A stretch of DNA of 63,226 bases, counting the filler, from Reclinomonas americana ATCC 50394 (Eukaryota): assembly GCA_048213135.1 (NCBI GenBank). It is 5 parts of 2 records of this genome, joined end to end, with 100 filler letters (N's around TTAATTAATTAA, not from the genome) between each part and the next. Parts side by side here need not be neighbours in the genome. Positions count along the whole stretch, not along the records: positions 1 to 12,254 come from PS015629.1; positions 12,355 to 21,871 come from PS015629.1; positions 21,972 to 28,300 come from PS015630.1; 2 more parts are not named here. One strand, 5' to 3'. Shown here in pieces: positions 10,109-24,324 of the stretch. How positions within the stretch are numbered: the first letter of the stretch is position 1; each line of letters begins with the position of its first letter. Under the pieces are notes generated by a model that was given only the letters and a program-made list of their open reading frames with translations, searched no databases and was not told the DNA's origin. The position numbers were made by a program, and so were the translations under genes.

Positions 10109-12001
10109 CAATGAATACTCACCGCCACCATGTGCTGATCGAGATGACAAGCGGAACTCGCCACCGCAATTCGTGCATTGCGTCGATCCTTGTCGACGCC
10201 GCGAATTTCCTGTGCGGTACGCAGTGAGCGTAACGTGGAGAAACAAACACTCTGCTTCAGAGAGCAAACCTTGCCAGTCAGTGTCCGGGCGAACTTGGCG
10301 CGGCGACGCATGAACGGATAGCAGTAGATAATAGGCAACTGTGGGCAAGAAGTTGTCAGGTTGGACGAGCACGAAGAAACCTGAGATGCAGGCAGCGCAA
10401 CTGACTCGGCTCCCTCTCGGCACGTCAGCTGCGCGGACAAATGAGCAGGTGCAAACAAAAAGGGCACACAGAGCAATCGGTACTCAACGCTGACACTTCG
10501 TCGGCACGTGTGCAGTTTCAGCAGCTGCAGACACGAAACATCGCTCGTGAGCTTCTTTCACGACTCAGGAAGAGACATTGCTTGCCACCAACGCACTGCG
10601 TCCACCCGCTTCGTCTTATCGCTCGCGTTGATGAAATCCTGCAACGAGTCGTGGCACATGCGCAGATCGTGGGCGTGACCTTTCAGCGTCTCCAGCTGCA
10701 CAGACATGCACAATTAGGAAAACAGGCGAAGGTGGGGAGCAACGGAAGCATTGAGAATAACCTCGCGGTGCTGCGCCTCGAGACACGCCTGTCGCTGCTT
10801 CAAGAAACGCTTTTGACGATCGCCGACGAGATCCAAGTCCGACTGCGGCACCGACTCGCAATCTTCTGGGCTTGGGATTGAGTAGAATTCTTCCGGAACG
10901 CCTGGGTCGCTGCTGAAGAAGGCCCCGTCTGCGAAAGGTAGAGGAATTAGGCAAAGAGAGGGCAAGTACGGCAAGCTAGAAACGCTCTCTCTCACAAACT
11001 CTGTGGACAACTGCATCTCAAACCCACCAGGAGAATGCCTTTGATTCTTCTCACACGGAAGTGCGACGTACAGCGCACAGCTGAGTCCTTCTGTCTCTCC
11101 GATCAATGCCTCTCTGAAACATCTTCTGTATAGCACTGAAGACTGCGTCGCAGCGTGACAGGGACGATCTCTGCTTCTCTCTCTTCGAATAAAGAAGCAA
11201 ACTGTAGTGCGATTCTGACACTCTGCACTTGCAACGCAACACGGGCGACCTCTTTCTTCTTCCCGATCAGATAGCAAGGAAGCCGTAACGCGCTCACATG
11301 CGCAACGCAACGAAACACGAACGACCTCTCTCTCTCTTCCCGAACAGAATGCAAGGAAGCTGTAACGCGCTCTGCGTTCACGCCTCACACTGGCAAGTGC
11401 AGTGCAACGAAACACGGACGATCTCCTTCTCCCTGTCTTCCGAACAGAATGCAAGGAAACTGGGGGCGATTCTGACACTCTGCGCTTGTGTCTCACCCTG
11501 GCAAGTGCAGTGCAACGCAACACGAAGATTTTCTCTATCTTCGGATTACATGCCAGCTGTGGTGCGATTCTGACCTCTCCCTGTCGACACACTCAGACAG
11601 CGCTCATCATGTGCAGCGCAACTCAGCTTCTGTCTCGCCGATCACACTTCAACGCAAGCTGTGGAGTGACTCTGACGCACTCTCCATCGAGAACAGACAG
11701 CATACTCACTCTGGCAAACAAGGATACTCTCGTTTCTCCCTCTCCCTCTCACAAGAGCATAAAAGTCTGCATTCAGCAGCAAGCCTCCCGGAAGTGTTGA
11801 ACTTCTCGCCTCCTCTCCCCTCTCTATCTATCTCTCTCCTTTGCAGACTGTACAACGCGACTCCTCTACTTTCCTCCCTCCCTGTTCTCCTCTGCCTCCA
11901 CTCACCCAAATCAATCTCGAAATCCGGATGATTAGGCGGCGCCATTCTGTTCACCACATCAATGACATCCTGCGGATTGCCTTCCCACAGTTGATACTCC
12001 A
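8583..12001 (-). CDS. Hypothetical multi-exon protein (5' end probably in the gap at 12255-12354)
   Basis: Phase-compatible exons: EYQLWEGNPQDV..FEIDL | DFYALVRG..VCQ | NGAFFSSDPGVPEEF..EAQHRE | LETLKGHAHDL.. and HLPSYDSVMRACEEEGDYF... No family recognised; the 3' exon structure is uncertain. Confidence 0.5.
8760..9140. repeat. Degenerate direct repeat of about 200 nt in an intron
   Basis: GAGAGACAAGATAGAGAAGGCGCACGACGTAGGGGG occurs near 8793 and near 8989, with a partial third copy near 9105. Confidence 0.7.
11205..11680. repeat. Degenerate intronic tandem repeat
   Basis: Recurring blocks GCGATTCTGACACTCTGC, CTGGCAAGTGCAGTGCAACG and CCGAACAGAATGCAAGGAA. Confidence 0.65.
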
Positions 12002-12115
12002 CTGCGCACAAACACAAACACACAAAAAGTCAGTCACTCTTTCTCGTTCACTCAGTCTCTCTCACCACTCAGTCACTCTCAATACTCAGTCTCTCTCTCT
12101 CTCTCTGTATGTCGT

Positions 12116-12120
<5 letters not shown>

Positions 12121-12208
<88 letters not shown>
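12121..12208. repeat. (TG)n microsatellite, representative of many (TG)n, (AG)n and (TC)n tracts
   Basis: Pure TG run. Similar tracts at 21791-21871, 36501-36566, 39379-39457, 39690-39769 and 42681-42798. Confidence 0.95.
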
Positions 12209-12210
<2 letters not shown>

Positions 12211-12254
12211 TCTCTCGTCTACTACTACTCTCCTCTCCTCTCTCTCTCTCTTCT

Positions 12255-12354
12255 NNNNNNNNNNNNNNNNNNNNNNNNNNNNNNNNNNNNNNNNNNNNTT
12301 AATTAATTAANNNNNNNNNNNNNNNNNNNNNNNNNNNNNNNNNNNNNNNNNNNN
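12255..12354. other. 100-nt gap spacer containing a six-frame stop linker; identical spacers at 21872-21971, 28301-28400 and 53255-53354
   Basis: 44 N + TTAATTAATTAA + 44 N, the same at all four sites. Genes (GAR protein, ankyrin, TMEM260) appear to continue across them. Confidence 0.9.
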
Positions 12355-15300
12355 TCCACGATTTCCACCACGTCTCCATCGCTTTCGCCGTCATCGCGCG
12401 GTCGCTTGCCTCCGACACTGACAACCACCTCCGCCTCCTGCTGCTGCTGCCGGGCCACCTCTTCCGTCTCCTCCACCAACTGCTGCGCATCGTCAACAGT
12501 CATCGATTGCACCACATCGCCACCACCGTCGTCATCGTCATCGTCATCGTCATCGTCGTCCACCATCGTCGCCGCCTCCTCACCGACCGTCGACTCCGCT
12601 TGCGCCTTGGCCTTGGCCTCGCTGTCGAACGCACGCTGCAAGTCGTCCAACTCCTTGCGAGTGGCGCGCTCGACACTGCGCAAAACAGCGCGCGCCTTTT
12701 CAATAGTGGCCGGCGGTGGCGCTGCGTTTTTCGTCAGTCACAACTACAAACACCACACTGTGTGCGATCACGAACCCAACAACTCCTGCGCGTACTCCAG
12801 GAGCGATTCCTGCACCGCGGCATCCAGCGTGGTCATGTCGACGTCCAGTGCGCGCATGCTGATCTCCAGCAGCGCGACCATTGCAGTCGATCGTACCAGT
12901 CGCTCTTCCGAGACTGCCTCCAACGCCTGCACCTCCCGGTGTGCCTCCCGCAGCGCGCGCACCAGGCGAGCGACCAGTTCGTTCCAGACACTGGGGAACA
13001 GCAAGGCCAACTGTGCCTTCCAGTCGGACTTTTTGGATTGTAGGCGGTGGCATTCGAATGCCGCCTCCACCGCGGAGCGATCGCCGTGTGCAACCACGAA
13101 GCGAAGGCAGCGCACCGAGTGCGCGAGGAACTTGATGTAGTCGTCACTGTGGAGCGAAGCATGAGAAGGCAGCAAGCACCTAAATACAAAGAATGCGGTC
13201 GCACCTGCGAGAGTCACGCCACACATTGTGCTCGGCAGCGAGGCGCTTGTTGCGAGTGCGCTGCGAGTAGAACACAGATACCAAGAGTCGGCACACGGAT
13301 GCAGTCTGCTCCGCGGCCAGCACTTGCGACTCGACGAGGATTTCGCACAGCTGTGGCTCGCGAGACACACAGTCGTGAGCCGATAGTGGTGGCAGTCCGC
13401 CGACAAGCACAGAGAAGAAAAAAACCTTGCACACGGCAAGATGATGCCACGGATTGGCACGCAAAATGTACAGCAGCAAGTGCACGAGCGACTCCACAGT
13501 GCCATTCACATCCAGCGAGCCGTCTTCGTGGAAGCGCACGAGAGTGTGCACGGGCACCACGCGCTGCGCGGTCAATGCGGTCAGGTCGGTGAGGGAAGCC
13601 GCACGAGGGCAACTGATGCACGCGCAACTTCTTCACTCTCTCCGCCTCGCTGAGGCTCGCCGACCGACCTGCAACGACGACAAGTCAGCTCACCACATAG
13701 CAGCACGATGATGAGGATCCCCACGACGCTCACCCTGCAGCCAGCAGCTCCGGCAAGAGACCGGCACTGGCCATGGTCGGGAAAACCACGGCCGTGTACT
13801 CCTGCGCGGCTGCGTGCTCCTGCGCCTTGCCCTGCCACAAAAGAGAGAGCGCCACATGCGACTCGCAATCGACGGTGGACATGGCCGACTGTGCGCGAGC
13901 GTCAGCAGCACGCACAGCGACGTAGGCCACCATGCTGCTGCGCTCACCTGGAGCGCCGCACACAGTTGTGCATTGTGCCGACATTTCGCCACGTAGTGCC
14001 ACACAGTGGATGCCAGCATGTATGCGGCCTCGATGTAGCACTCGCGATCACGCTCGACCATCCGCAGCGCACGACAGCACTCGGGAATGCACTCCTGCGA
14101 CACAATGAGACAGGAAACAGCCGAAACAACAAGAAATTGCATGCAGTCAACGCAACAATGGCGTCGTAGTCGAGGGCACGGTGCATCTCCAGCACCTCCA
14201 GCACGTGACGCAGCGATTCGCGAGAACTTCAACCACCAGTGAGCAATCAGTTACCGAGACCTTGCAAAGGATAATGAAAAAAACGCACAGGACCGGATCT
14301 TCAGCGCGGGCGATTTGCAGCAGCGTCTCTGCCGCCTTGAGTCGGGCTCGTCGGAGGGGAGTGGGATCAAACGGCCAAGCATCTATTATTGCACGCACTT
14401 GTAAAGGGCGACATCTCGCGAGAACAAACAAGAAACACAACAGCGTATACCAGTCTTGCGAAGATTGCACACTTGCTTGGCCGTGCTGAGGATCTCCTCG
14501 TTCACAATCGCAGCACCGCCGCTGAACACGCTGGCGAGAGAGAGCAGCGAAAACGATTCCTACGCACGCACGCACACGTTCACAGTCATTGACGATCCAT
14601 TGTGCCGCTGCTCTGCGCTCAACAGATTTTCACACCTCGAAGAGTCCGAGTGACGCTCGTGTGACCGCAGCCAGAATGTCGGACTTGTGCGAGCTTGCCA
14701 CATCTACACGCACACATAAGAGAACTGCAGAGCAAAACTAATATTTACAGCAGACAAACCATCATGCGGCGCTTCCCGCGGAACCCGATGAAACAGTCGA
14801 CGCAATGCATAACTGTTGCCTTCGCTGCTGTCGCACCGAAATCTGCACAACACAGCACCCGTTCAGCCGCGCGATGACGACAGAGTGGATGCCACAAGAA
14901 AACGCACTGCAACGCCTCCAACGCCTCCAGCGGACTCTGCCGCATCTCGCGCGCCAACACGGTCATGTAATGCGCCGCAAAATAGTACGCATCAGGGCCG
15001 CGTGGCTCCAGTGTGCTCGTCACCTGGTTTTCCCACTTCTCAGTAACTTTCGCGCTGACGACATGACCAGGCGCAATCACCAAGGACCTTGCGCAAAAAG
15101 ACAACATTTTCCACGCCGGCAATCATTTCTCGAAAGGAGAGCTTGAGCAAACGTCGCCCCAGCCACTGCTCCAGCAGCAACACAGCACCCGACACGGCGA
15201 CTATCATATGGGCATGCCACACCTGCTCGCCGTCCAACTCCGTCGTGCCAACTGTGACGGCGCAAAGGGTTGAGACTAGTCACACATTCGCATGTGCCAC

Positions 15301-18300
15301 CACCACCACCACTACCACAACGCAACATGCGGACGAGTACGAGCGCAGCCACAGCGAACGCGTGCAGTCCACCATGCGATTCACGAGTTCGACGTTGACT
15401 TCGTGCAGGGGGCATTTGGTGGGCGAGGCCGGCTCGTCATCAAAGGCACACGGCGGCGAGAGCAGCTTGTCGAACTCCACTGCACTCGCGCATTCGTGAG
15501 AGCACCGTGCGGCAGTTTCACACAACTCAACAACTCACGAACCAGCAAAAGGAATGCCAAAGATGGTGAGCAGCAGCGTGAAATTGTGAATGTGCTGGCG
15601 GTGGGCAGAGCTGACGGCGCCACACACATTCGTGTCAAACTTGTCCACGAGGTCATCCATCCACGACACACGTGCATCGGAATCCTGCAATTATGAAGCA
15701 TACTTAGCAGCAACTCCACAAGCGCCTGGCCCTGGCGCACTTTTCAACACAATAGCAAACCATTGTGACAACCACAGGAACGCCGACGACATTGAGATAG
15801 CGCTGAAAGGCCCAGCGGAGGTGCCGACTTCGAAGAGTCTGCAAACGAGGATTCAACACCACTAGAACACCATTGCTTTGTCCACCTCAATTCCCCCAGC
15901 CACTCACCGCAAACATCGGTGGTATACTCTCGCCACCGCCCGCATCATCTGGTGGGATTGTAATCGGCCGTGGTACGCCGTTCTGATCGGCAGCTGCTGC
16001 ATCGAGTGCCGCGAAATAGGCTTTTCGGAGGGCGGTGATCTGTGTGCGCTCGTTTGGCATCGCGACCACCACTGCAGTCATGATGTGCCACTGCCGTCTC
16101 ACCTTGTTCATCAGCACCGTGTACGACGCCAAGCCTTCCATGTCAGTCGTTGGTTCACTCTTGACCTGTGTTGCCAAGGTTGGAAAGGAAATATACCTGA
16201 CATGCATCGAATCGATCACAAATGAATGCGCGCAACGTCGAGCACAAAGCTATACAGTCGATACAGCCACAGCGTTAGGCACTTCCACACTTCGTTGCGC
16301 CGGTGCTTCAGTCGCACTGTAAAGTACGCCGCACATGAGAATCACGCATTCTATGCGGTCCATGCAACCTCCACCAACCGAGATCGCGTGGTCTCATGGC
16401 TTGGACTTGTGACGCGGAGGCAAGTGGCTGGAAGTCATCGTCTTCGTCCTCTTCGCCGGCATCACTCGGTATTGTCGCCATTGTTGCAGCGGCAGCACCT
16501 GCATTGTCTGCTTCCTTGGCACTCCTGGCACAAAGGAGAAAAAAGTAAGAGAGGTGGAGATCAGCGGCAGCATGACCACCCATCGACTGCAACTTGAGGT
16601 TCTCATCCAAGCGCGCCAGCTGCTCAATGAGATCGTCGATTCGCTGGCGAGCGAATACACCTGCGAGCAACCCAGTCAGAATGAGTGCGCACACAGAGGA
16701 ATTACATCAACTGGCCGAGCGTGCCTTTCTCAAAGAAATCGAGGTGCGGATTCTTGAATTGCACATACGAGTGCACTCGCAGCAGGAAATCGAGTCTACA
16801 GCGCAAGCCATAAGGAGCGAGGCGGGCGTGCACATGCGCGCACACATGCACACTCAACTTGCGCGTCGAATCGCGAATACGGTCCCACAGCAGACGCAAC
16901 ACCAGGTCGATACATCGCACCCCAACTGCCGATTTTTTTGGAAGTGAGACAACTCCAACACACATCGAATGCCACTTTGACGCCACGCACCACTATCTTT
17001 GGCCTTGGCCTCGATCTTGGTCACCAGCGAGTACAAGATGGGGTCGAGCGACGAGGCCGCATCGATCAGCGCCGTTCGACTCTGGTCGCTGTCCTCCAGC
17101 AAGTCTGTCAGCTCCGTGATCAACAACATGGCCTGCACGGGAGGTTAGCCGACTGGTCAAAGAGACACACAGAACTCGAAATGGTGATTCACCAAGTCCG
17201 ATTGTTTTGGCATCGCAACCGGGAACTCGGGTCGACTGCTGCCGCGACCCAGAAGCAGAGTAGCAGGTGGAAGAATCACTCGAGCAGCTGCAGAGCAGGC
17301 GTCTCTCGTCAGGATACATAATGCACACAAGACTCGCTAACAACAGACCCTTCCAATCAGGAGTGACCACCACAACCCTCCACAAGGCCACAAGCGCATT
17401 CACTTGCTCTGCGTGGCGATTCAAGTGGCGCAGCGACTGCATTACCATTACACGTGAGCGCGTACATACATGCACACATGCACGACACTGAACGCAACAT
17501 TGTAAAAGTACGCGTGCAGCGGCCACATTTGCTCAAGCGGCTTGTCTTCTGCCTTCTTGCCCTCTTCCTCGTCCTCCGCTTGCAACTCATCAGCCTCGTC
17601 GCTTGTGCGACCACGCAGCGTCTTTTGCAGTCGCGCTACCACTTCAGCGTACTGTCGCCGCTCATACAGCTGCACGCGCCACTCTTCAGTGAAACACATC
17701 CTCGACGACAACAAGTCCATGACATTCACCTCTCTAATGTCCGAGTCGGCAAGTGGCACTGTCGGCACCTTGGTGGCATGGTGCACGACCGACTTGTCGA
17801 TGAACCCTCGAGCAGTTCTACGAAAATCACCAGTCAACACGACCATTTTGGTCTGTCTGTGCCAGTAGAATGACAAACTCACGAGTGGAGCACATTGACG
17901 CGGCCTTTGCTGCTCGGCCACAGGGTGGAATGTCGCAACAACAGTGATCGCAGCTGCTCTGCGTCTTCGTCAACTGCAATCAACAAGAGAACTGTCAGTC
18001 GTCACAAGGTGGAACGCTCCGATCGGCACCCTGCACGCACCATCTGGAGCCTGACGGCCGACCATGGCGTGGGCGAGCCGAGAAACATTGTACCGCAGCC
18101 AGTGACACCTGCAGACACGCAAATACACATCAATGACTGGAGAAAGAGGTAATAAGAATGGACAGGCACACGTACCGAATCAGCAACTCCATCTCGACCT
18201 GCCCGACTGTGCCACATTCGATTTGTGGTGCCAACTGGTCGAGCACAGACATGATTCACAAAGCCGCAACGGACATACAATATAGGAACGCAATGCATAC

Positions 18301-19063
18301 CGTACTGCGCAAATCGTAAATGTCCGATGCTCGACGAAGAATAGTGGCTGCGCACCAGTCCACCTCGCGCTCACTTCGGCGATCAAATGCTGTCGCACGT
18401 GCATAAAGATGGTGAGCTTCCCTTCATGGCGCACACTTGCTGTGTCGAACACGCGAAACTGTGGTCACTGTCTTCCAGCTCCTTTCGCCATCGATCGACA
18501 TTGCGAATCAGCAGCTCGCAGACACGAACCCACCACAAGCGCTCATGACACTCTGGTACGCCGATAATGAGGCAACAACACGAGAATGAGAGCATGGGCA
18601 TGTACGCACCAGTGCCAAACGCGTCGAAGAGCACCCGCTCAATATCACTCTCCTCCAAGCACATTGCCACAGCAAGGACCTTGCGTGCCAGCTGGTCCGT
18701 CCACGTGAACGCCTCGCCCACTTGACAAGAGATCCACGACAGCGCAACCGACGCGACCTGCGTACATGCTTGCCTCCGTAACCCCGCATCGTCGACACGA
18801 GCGCGCACATACAACGCACCTCATTCAGCGGCAATGACTGACTGTCTTCGGTCGCCCAGCGTTGCGCGATGAACTTCATGAACTTTTGCACGCTCTCGCT
18901 CTCGTCCATGGTCACCTTTTTTGCTTTTGGCTTGCGGCTGGCGTTGTGAAGAGCGCATGTGAGAAACCGTAGAAGAGACGAACAGAATGAGTGATGCAAA
19001 CCTGGCAGGGACACTCGGGGCGGCAGCGCGCTTCTGTGTCCACAGAGATGATGATATCAGAGA

Positions 19064-19099
<36 letters not shown>

Positions 19100-19121
19100 C
19101 CGAGCGCGAGAGAAAGACAGA

Positions 19122-19153
<32 letters not shown>

Positions 19154-21132
19154 CCGAGCGCGAGAGAAAGACAGAGAGTGAGAGACACTGGACTGCAATC
19201 TGCCACTCCACCGTCATCATCGCATCGAGTGTTGCTTTCGCGTCGGCATCCATTTCCATTTCCAGCACAGAGAGTAGAGTCCGTTGCGACTGCGACGATG
19301 ACAGCACAAACTTTGAACGACCGACTTTGGCAGCACTGCTGCTGGGCGCACTTTGCAAGCGAGACGAGCGCCGCTGTCTGTCGTGCACGGATGGAAAGGA
19401 TGAGACACGATGCACAAGAGTACAAGCGAGCATGGTCGCGCAACTGCGTGCTCGACTGCTGCGTGCCCTGCGCTGATGCATCCGCTGACTCTGCGGTGGA
19501 GGCCACCACTTGCACATCATCATCCTCTCGCTCCGCCTGCGTCTGCGCAGCCATTTCGACTTCAGTCGTTTCCGGCAACTCGTCGTCTTCCTCCTCCTCC
19601 ATGGTCTCCTCGACGGGTGCCTGTCGCAGACGTTCTCACGATGAATACGGAGATGGAAACGAAGTGGAAGTAGAGGAGGGCAGAACATGCCTCTTCCACA
19701 CGATCGTCGTCGGTTGGTATCACATCTGTGGGCTCGTCTTCGGAGGGTGGCCTGGCCATCGCCGCATCGTCAACGTCTGCTTCATACGCGTCGCTGTCGA
19801 GCATGTCTGGATTCAGCACATCGGTCTCCATGTAGTCGCCAATGTTCTCCCAGGTCACAAACAAGCTGTGCCACGCGCGTGACATGATGAGACACAAACG
19901 GAGGGAAACGGCGATGGCGTGCCCTCACCTGTCTTCTTGTATGGCCTCCACCAGGACCTCAAACACCTCCGTCCACGTGCGACACGACGAACCTTGCCAC
20001 TCTCGTGGCTCTGCTTTTTCGCATGCACGGGTTCGGTGAGGCAAGAGGGAAGGAATGGGAAAGTCAATAACACGCACCGGTACGGACACGCGTGGCTGCA
20101 GAGGCAGATGCCCGCAGCATGTCTTCACGCTCACGCAGCAACGGTTGCAGTGCCGACTGCACGACTGCAACAAGAGTAAAGTGAGAACGAGACATTCACC
20201 ATTCTCCTTTCTGCCTCTCTCGACCGACAAACCACCCGACTGCAAGTATTCGAGAGCGGCGAGTGCGATGCGGTGTTGTGGATTCATCGCCAGCACATGA
20301 TCCACGAGCTTGGACAGCATGTCGTCGTTGTTTTGAATGAACAGAATCTGCGTGTGTGTGCGTGGGCCGGGTCAGCGACACTTGGAGTCGAAATGGTATC
20401 GATATGTTGCGTGCAACCCACCTCGAGATACATCGAGTAGCAGACGACGTTGTTCGGCGACAGAGCAAACGCACGCTCCAGCAAATGCCGACACAGCAGC
20501 ACACGTCGCAGCTCCCGCGCCAATCGCGCCGCCGTCAGCAACACGGGCGGACTATTGACCGGATCCAAGTCACACGCCTCGACCAGCGCCTTCAGCGCCA
20601 GCTGCGGTCGCTTACACCGCTGCAGACATACTCCATAGTTCTTCAACACCGCATACTTGAGCTGCGCCAGCGGCGTAAAGTGCACTCCAGCCTCCGCTCC
20701 CAACTAGACAACTCGATCAGGATGAGAACACACACACACAGCAGTGCAGGGCCGACTGACCTCGGCCAGCACCCTCTTCTGCAACAGCGCACGATACACG
20801 CGCCGCGCCTCGTCGAACTTCTCCTCCGCCTGCATCCCCAGCGCCATCAAGTACACATCACGAACAATCTGCTCCTGCGCCTCTTGCGTCACAACCTGCT
20901 CATCCTCCTCCTCCTCTGACGAAGACGAGTCACTGTCATCGTCTGCAGACTCCTCTGCAGCAGAGGACGAGCCTTCTTCTTCTTCTTCTTCTTCCTCTTC
21001 CTCCTCGTCTTCCTCAGAAGAGTACGCAGAGGATGAAGAGTCCTCTTTCAGTGATAGTCTCGGCAATGAGAACTGCACGCGGCACAATGAGCAGCAAAGC
21101 AACAGTGAAGCAAGGCCGCTCAAACTCACCAT
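12355..21132 (-). CDS. CABIN1: CABIN1/HIR3 homologue (TPR subunit of the HIRA histone-chaperone complex); stop codon in gap
   Basis: N-terminus M|FSLPRL, then VTQEAQEQIVRDVYLMALGMQAEEKFDEARRVYRALL, LKYAVLKNYG and RHLLERAFALSPNNVVC. This matches the Cabin1 pattern TKEAQE..Y..AL.LQ, LKYSTYKNL and ARHAFEEGL..NP. About 8.8 kb of helical exons follow and end in an acidic tail. The downstream exons are assigned to this gene by continuity. Confidence 0.8.
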
Positions 21133-21310
21133 CGACGACGATCAAAGCAAACTGGGACAGATCGACTTGGGCGAGCGCGACTGTCTTCTGTCCTCGTGTG
21201 TGTGCGTGTTGAGGGATGAGTGCGCGCTCACTGCAGCAGTCGCCACCATCCTCTGCCCCGACGGGTGCTGCAGCAGTGGCGGGAGCAGCTGCGGGTGGAA
21301 TGTTGAGTGT

Positions 21311-21787
21311 ATGAGCGCGCGCAAGACACACACTGATGCAGCGCGCGCGTGCATGTATGTGAGAGAGAGAGAAAGAGGAGAGGGAGTGAGCAGGAGAGAT
21401 GCACAGCGAGCGACAGAAGAGAGAGCGAGAGAGGCAAGCGAGAGTGACATGTCCTCACTGTGCGCGCTCTCTCTCTCTCTTTGTGTTTAGTGATGTGAGT
21501 GTGTTGGGGTCTACGGTGCTGGGAGCGACGCTGGGAGGTGAGATTCGGCATTTGGCGGCGCTGTTGGATAATGCGTCGCGTGAGTTGCAAGACAAGTGCG
21601 CGTTGTTGGAGGAGGAGCGCGCGGCACGCGCGGAGGCGCAGGTGTGTGGGGGTAGAAGGGGAGGAAGGGGAAAGAAAGGGGGAAGGGGGGGGGAGGAAGG
21701 CAAGTGCGAGAGAGAGAGAGGGATGGTGAAGAGAGAGAGATGAGGAATGCAACTAAGAGAAGAGAGCAACGGAACGAAAGTGTGTGT

Positions 21788-21871
<84 letters not shown>

Positions 21872-24206
21872 NNNNNNNNNNNNNNNNNNNNNNNNNNNNN
21901 NNNNNNNNNNNNNNNTTAATTAATTAANNNNNNNNNNNNNNNNNNNNNNNNNNNNNNNNNNNNNNNNNNNNGTTAGCCTGTGTTGGCGAGAGAAATGGGC
22001 GCGGCCTACTTCACAGGTAGGCAGAGAATAGAGCATAAGACTGAGGAACTGAGTGCGTGAGAGAGATGGAACGCAATTGTGGAGAAGGTATAAGAGGCAG
22101 GAGAACGAAGAGAGAGGGAGAGAGAGAAGCAAGTGACTGTGTTCTCTGTACGCGAGTGAGCAAGAGAGTTAACAGACTGCATGAGGAATGATGAGCAGCA
22201 TGCCTTGAGAAGAGAAGCAGCTGATGAGTTGATTGTGACGGCCGTCAAGCGGCTGTCATGAGGTGCGGAGCGACAGATACAGGTGAAGAGTTGTGAAGAG
22301 GAACGGACAGCATGAGATGCAGTTGATGAGTTGATTGTGACGGCCGCGAAGCGGCTGTCATGAAGCACGGAGCGACAGATACAGGTGAAGAGTTGTGAAG
22401 AGGAACGGACAGCATGAGATGCAGTTGATGAGTTGAAAGTGACAGCGGCTGTCACGTAGCATAAAGCGACATCCTGCACTGATGGGCAGAGGAAGGAGAA
22501 CGAGACTGAGGAATGCAACTGTGGTGAAGGATAAAATGAAGGAGAATGAGAGACTGAGAGATAAGAAGGAATGCAACTGTGGAGAATGGAGAGAGACAAG
22601 AGGGCAGGAAAGGGGGTGTGTTTTGCTGTGAGCGAGAGAGAGAGAGAGAGATAGAGAAGAAAGAGAGAGAGAGAGAGCTGCATGCGAGAGATGAGAGGAG
22701 ATGTCTCGTGAGTGACGAGGAAGAGCGCAATTATGATCGATCCCAGTCGTGCCTCAGTCTCGTAGTGTTTCTTCTCACGCTCCCCTCGCCACTTCTTTGC
22801 TGATGCGGATGGCGTCCTCCATATCTTCTCCTTATTCTCCTCCTCCTCGCCTGTCGTTCACCCATGCTTCATCTCACAGCGCGTCGCTCGCGAGTGGTCC
22901 GATCGCGCACACCAGCTGTCGAGTGTGGTCGAGGCCGAGACGCAGGTGTGGAAATCAGTTTCATCTTCCTTGCCTCGTCTGCCGTCACCAATCATCCTCC
23001 TTTCGCCGTGCAGGCCGCTCTCGCAGCACAGATGCAAGCCAAGGACCTGCTACGGCGGTGTGAGGAACTGGAGCGCGAAAACTCGCGATTGCGTGCCGAG
23101 CGCGACATGTTCAAGCACGAAACCGGGCAAATGTCGCTGACGTTGGATACGCTGCGGGTGATTCCAGGCAGACACCTACCCACCCACTTGCTTCCCCCAT
23201 GTCTCACTATTGGTGGACACAGGATGAATTCGCTCGCGGTCGCGACACATCGGGCATCACGAGGAAAGAGGTGGAGGAGGTGCGCTCGCACGCAGAAGAA
23301 TTGCAACGCAGAGTGCGCGAGCTGCAAAAGAAGAACCAGACACTGTCATTGGAGAACACGCTGGCGGTGGAGCAGTTGGCTCACATGAGACTGGCGGTGC
23401 GTTCGTGTGTTTTGTCTGTGATGGGAGAGGTGGTGTGCGCGTGTCACTGACAAGAACTGGGTGCAGTTGATCAACGCTGGCATCTCGGAGCTGCCGATGG
23501 CCGGTGGTGCCAGTGTGCCACCGACGACGGCGACGTCAATGGGCCAGAATGGAGCAGTCACCGCCGACAGCGGTCGCATTGTGCGTTTGACAGCTTTTTG
23601 CAGTCGTAGTGCCTTACTCACGCTTCTCCTGTGCGTGTGCAGTCACCAACCCATGCGACAGCCGCAGCACCTCCGTCACACTCTGCCGCCGCGCCAACGG
23701 CTGTCACTCACATTGGCCTGGCGCAAACGCAGGCTGGCGTAAGGAGAGCATCGCCGGCGCGAGGAGGAGGAGGAGGACGGCCAGCGTCGGCGTCGGCTGC
23801 GCTGCCGGGCTCCGGCCTATCGGCTTCGATGCCGGCTGCCGCCTCGTCCGCCTCGTCGTCCTCGGGCCAAGTGATCACCGATCGGATACTGCGCTCGCTC
23901 ACGCGACCGAACCCGTCGAATGCTGCACGATTGGTCGACGTGCTCGTGAACGATCTGAAGGCTGTGTTTGAGGAGCGTGGCATCCAGTTGCCGATGAAGA
24001 AGACGCAGGATTTCCAGTATCAGCTGGGTGGCAAGAGGGTGCACTTGAATGTGTTGGGCGGGAAACTCGTGGGTGCGTCTGTATGCTCACTGCAGTTGTC
24101 ACCCTTGTCCTCAAGCGTGTGCTCACACAATCTATTCTCGGTGGCAGTGCGCGCTGGTGGTGGCTACCAAGATTTTCTGGAGTACTTGGACCGCGCACGT
24201 CTTTAG
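21311..24206 (+). CDS. Coiled-coil protein with C-terminal GAS2/GAR (microtubule-binding) domain; start uncertain (21311 or 21449)
   Basis: Heptad exons (LLRRCEELERENSRLRAE, AEELQRRVRELQKKNQTL), an S/A-rich linker, then YQLGGKRVHLNVLGGKLV|VRAGGGYQDFLEYLDR, which fits the GAR VRVGGGW motif. TAG at 24204-24206. Confidence 0.75.
22217..22450. repeat. 102-bp tandem repeat, about 2.3 copies, intronic
   Basis: GCAG(C/T)TGATGAGTTG starts at 22217, 22319 and 22421, with nearly identical sequence between. Confidence 0.9.
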
Positions 24207-24324
24207 GCGCGCGCTGTGCAGAGAAACGATGCGTGTGCGTGTGTGTGTGCATGCTTTCTTGTTTCTACGAGTGGATCCACAAAAAGCGTGTTGTTGACAT
24301 CATCATTATGGCTTCCGACGTTGT

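Noticed and set aside
12299..12310. TTAATTAATTAA embedded in N runs (four times)
   Set aside because: Identical placement inside 100-nt spacers marks an artificial six-frame stop linker, not a piggyBac TTAA site or other biological motif.
22217..22450. Regularly spaced repeats as a CRISPR array
   Set aside because: Whole units are duplicated with no unique spacers, the context is a eukaryotic intron, and there are no cas genes.
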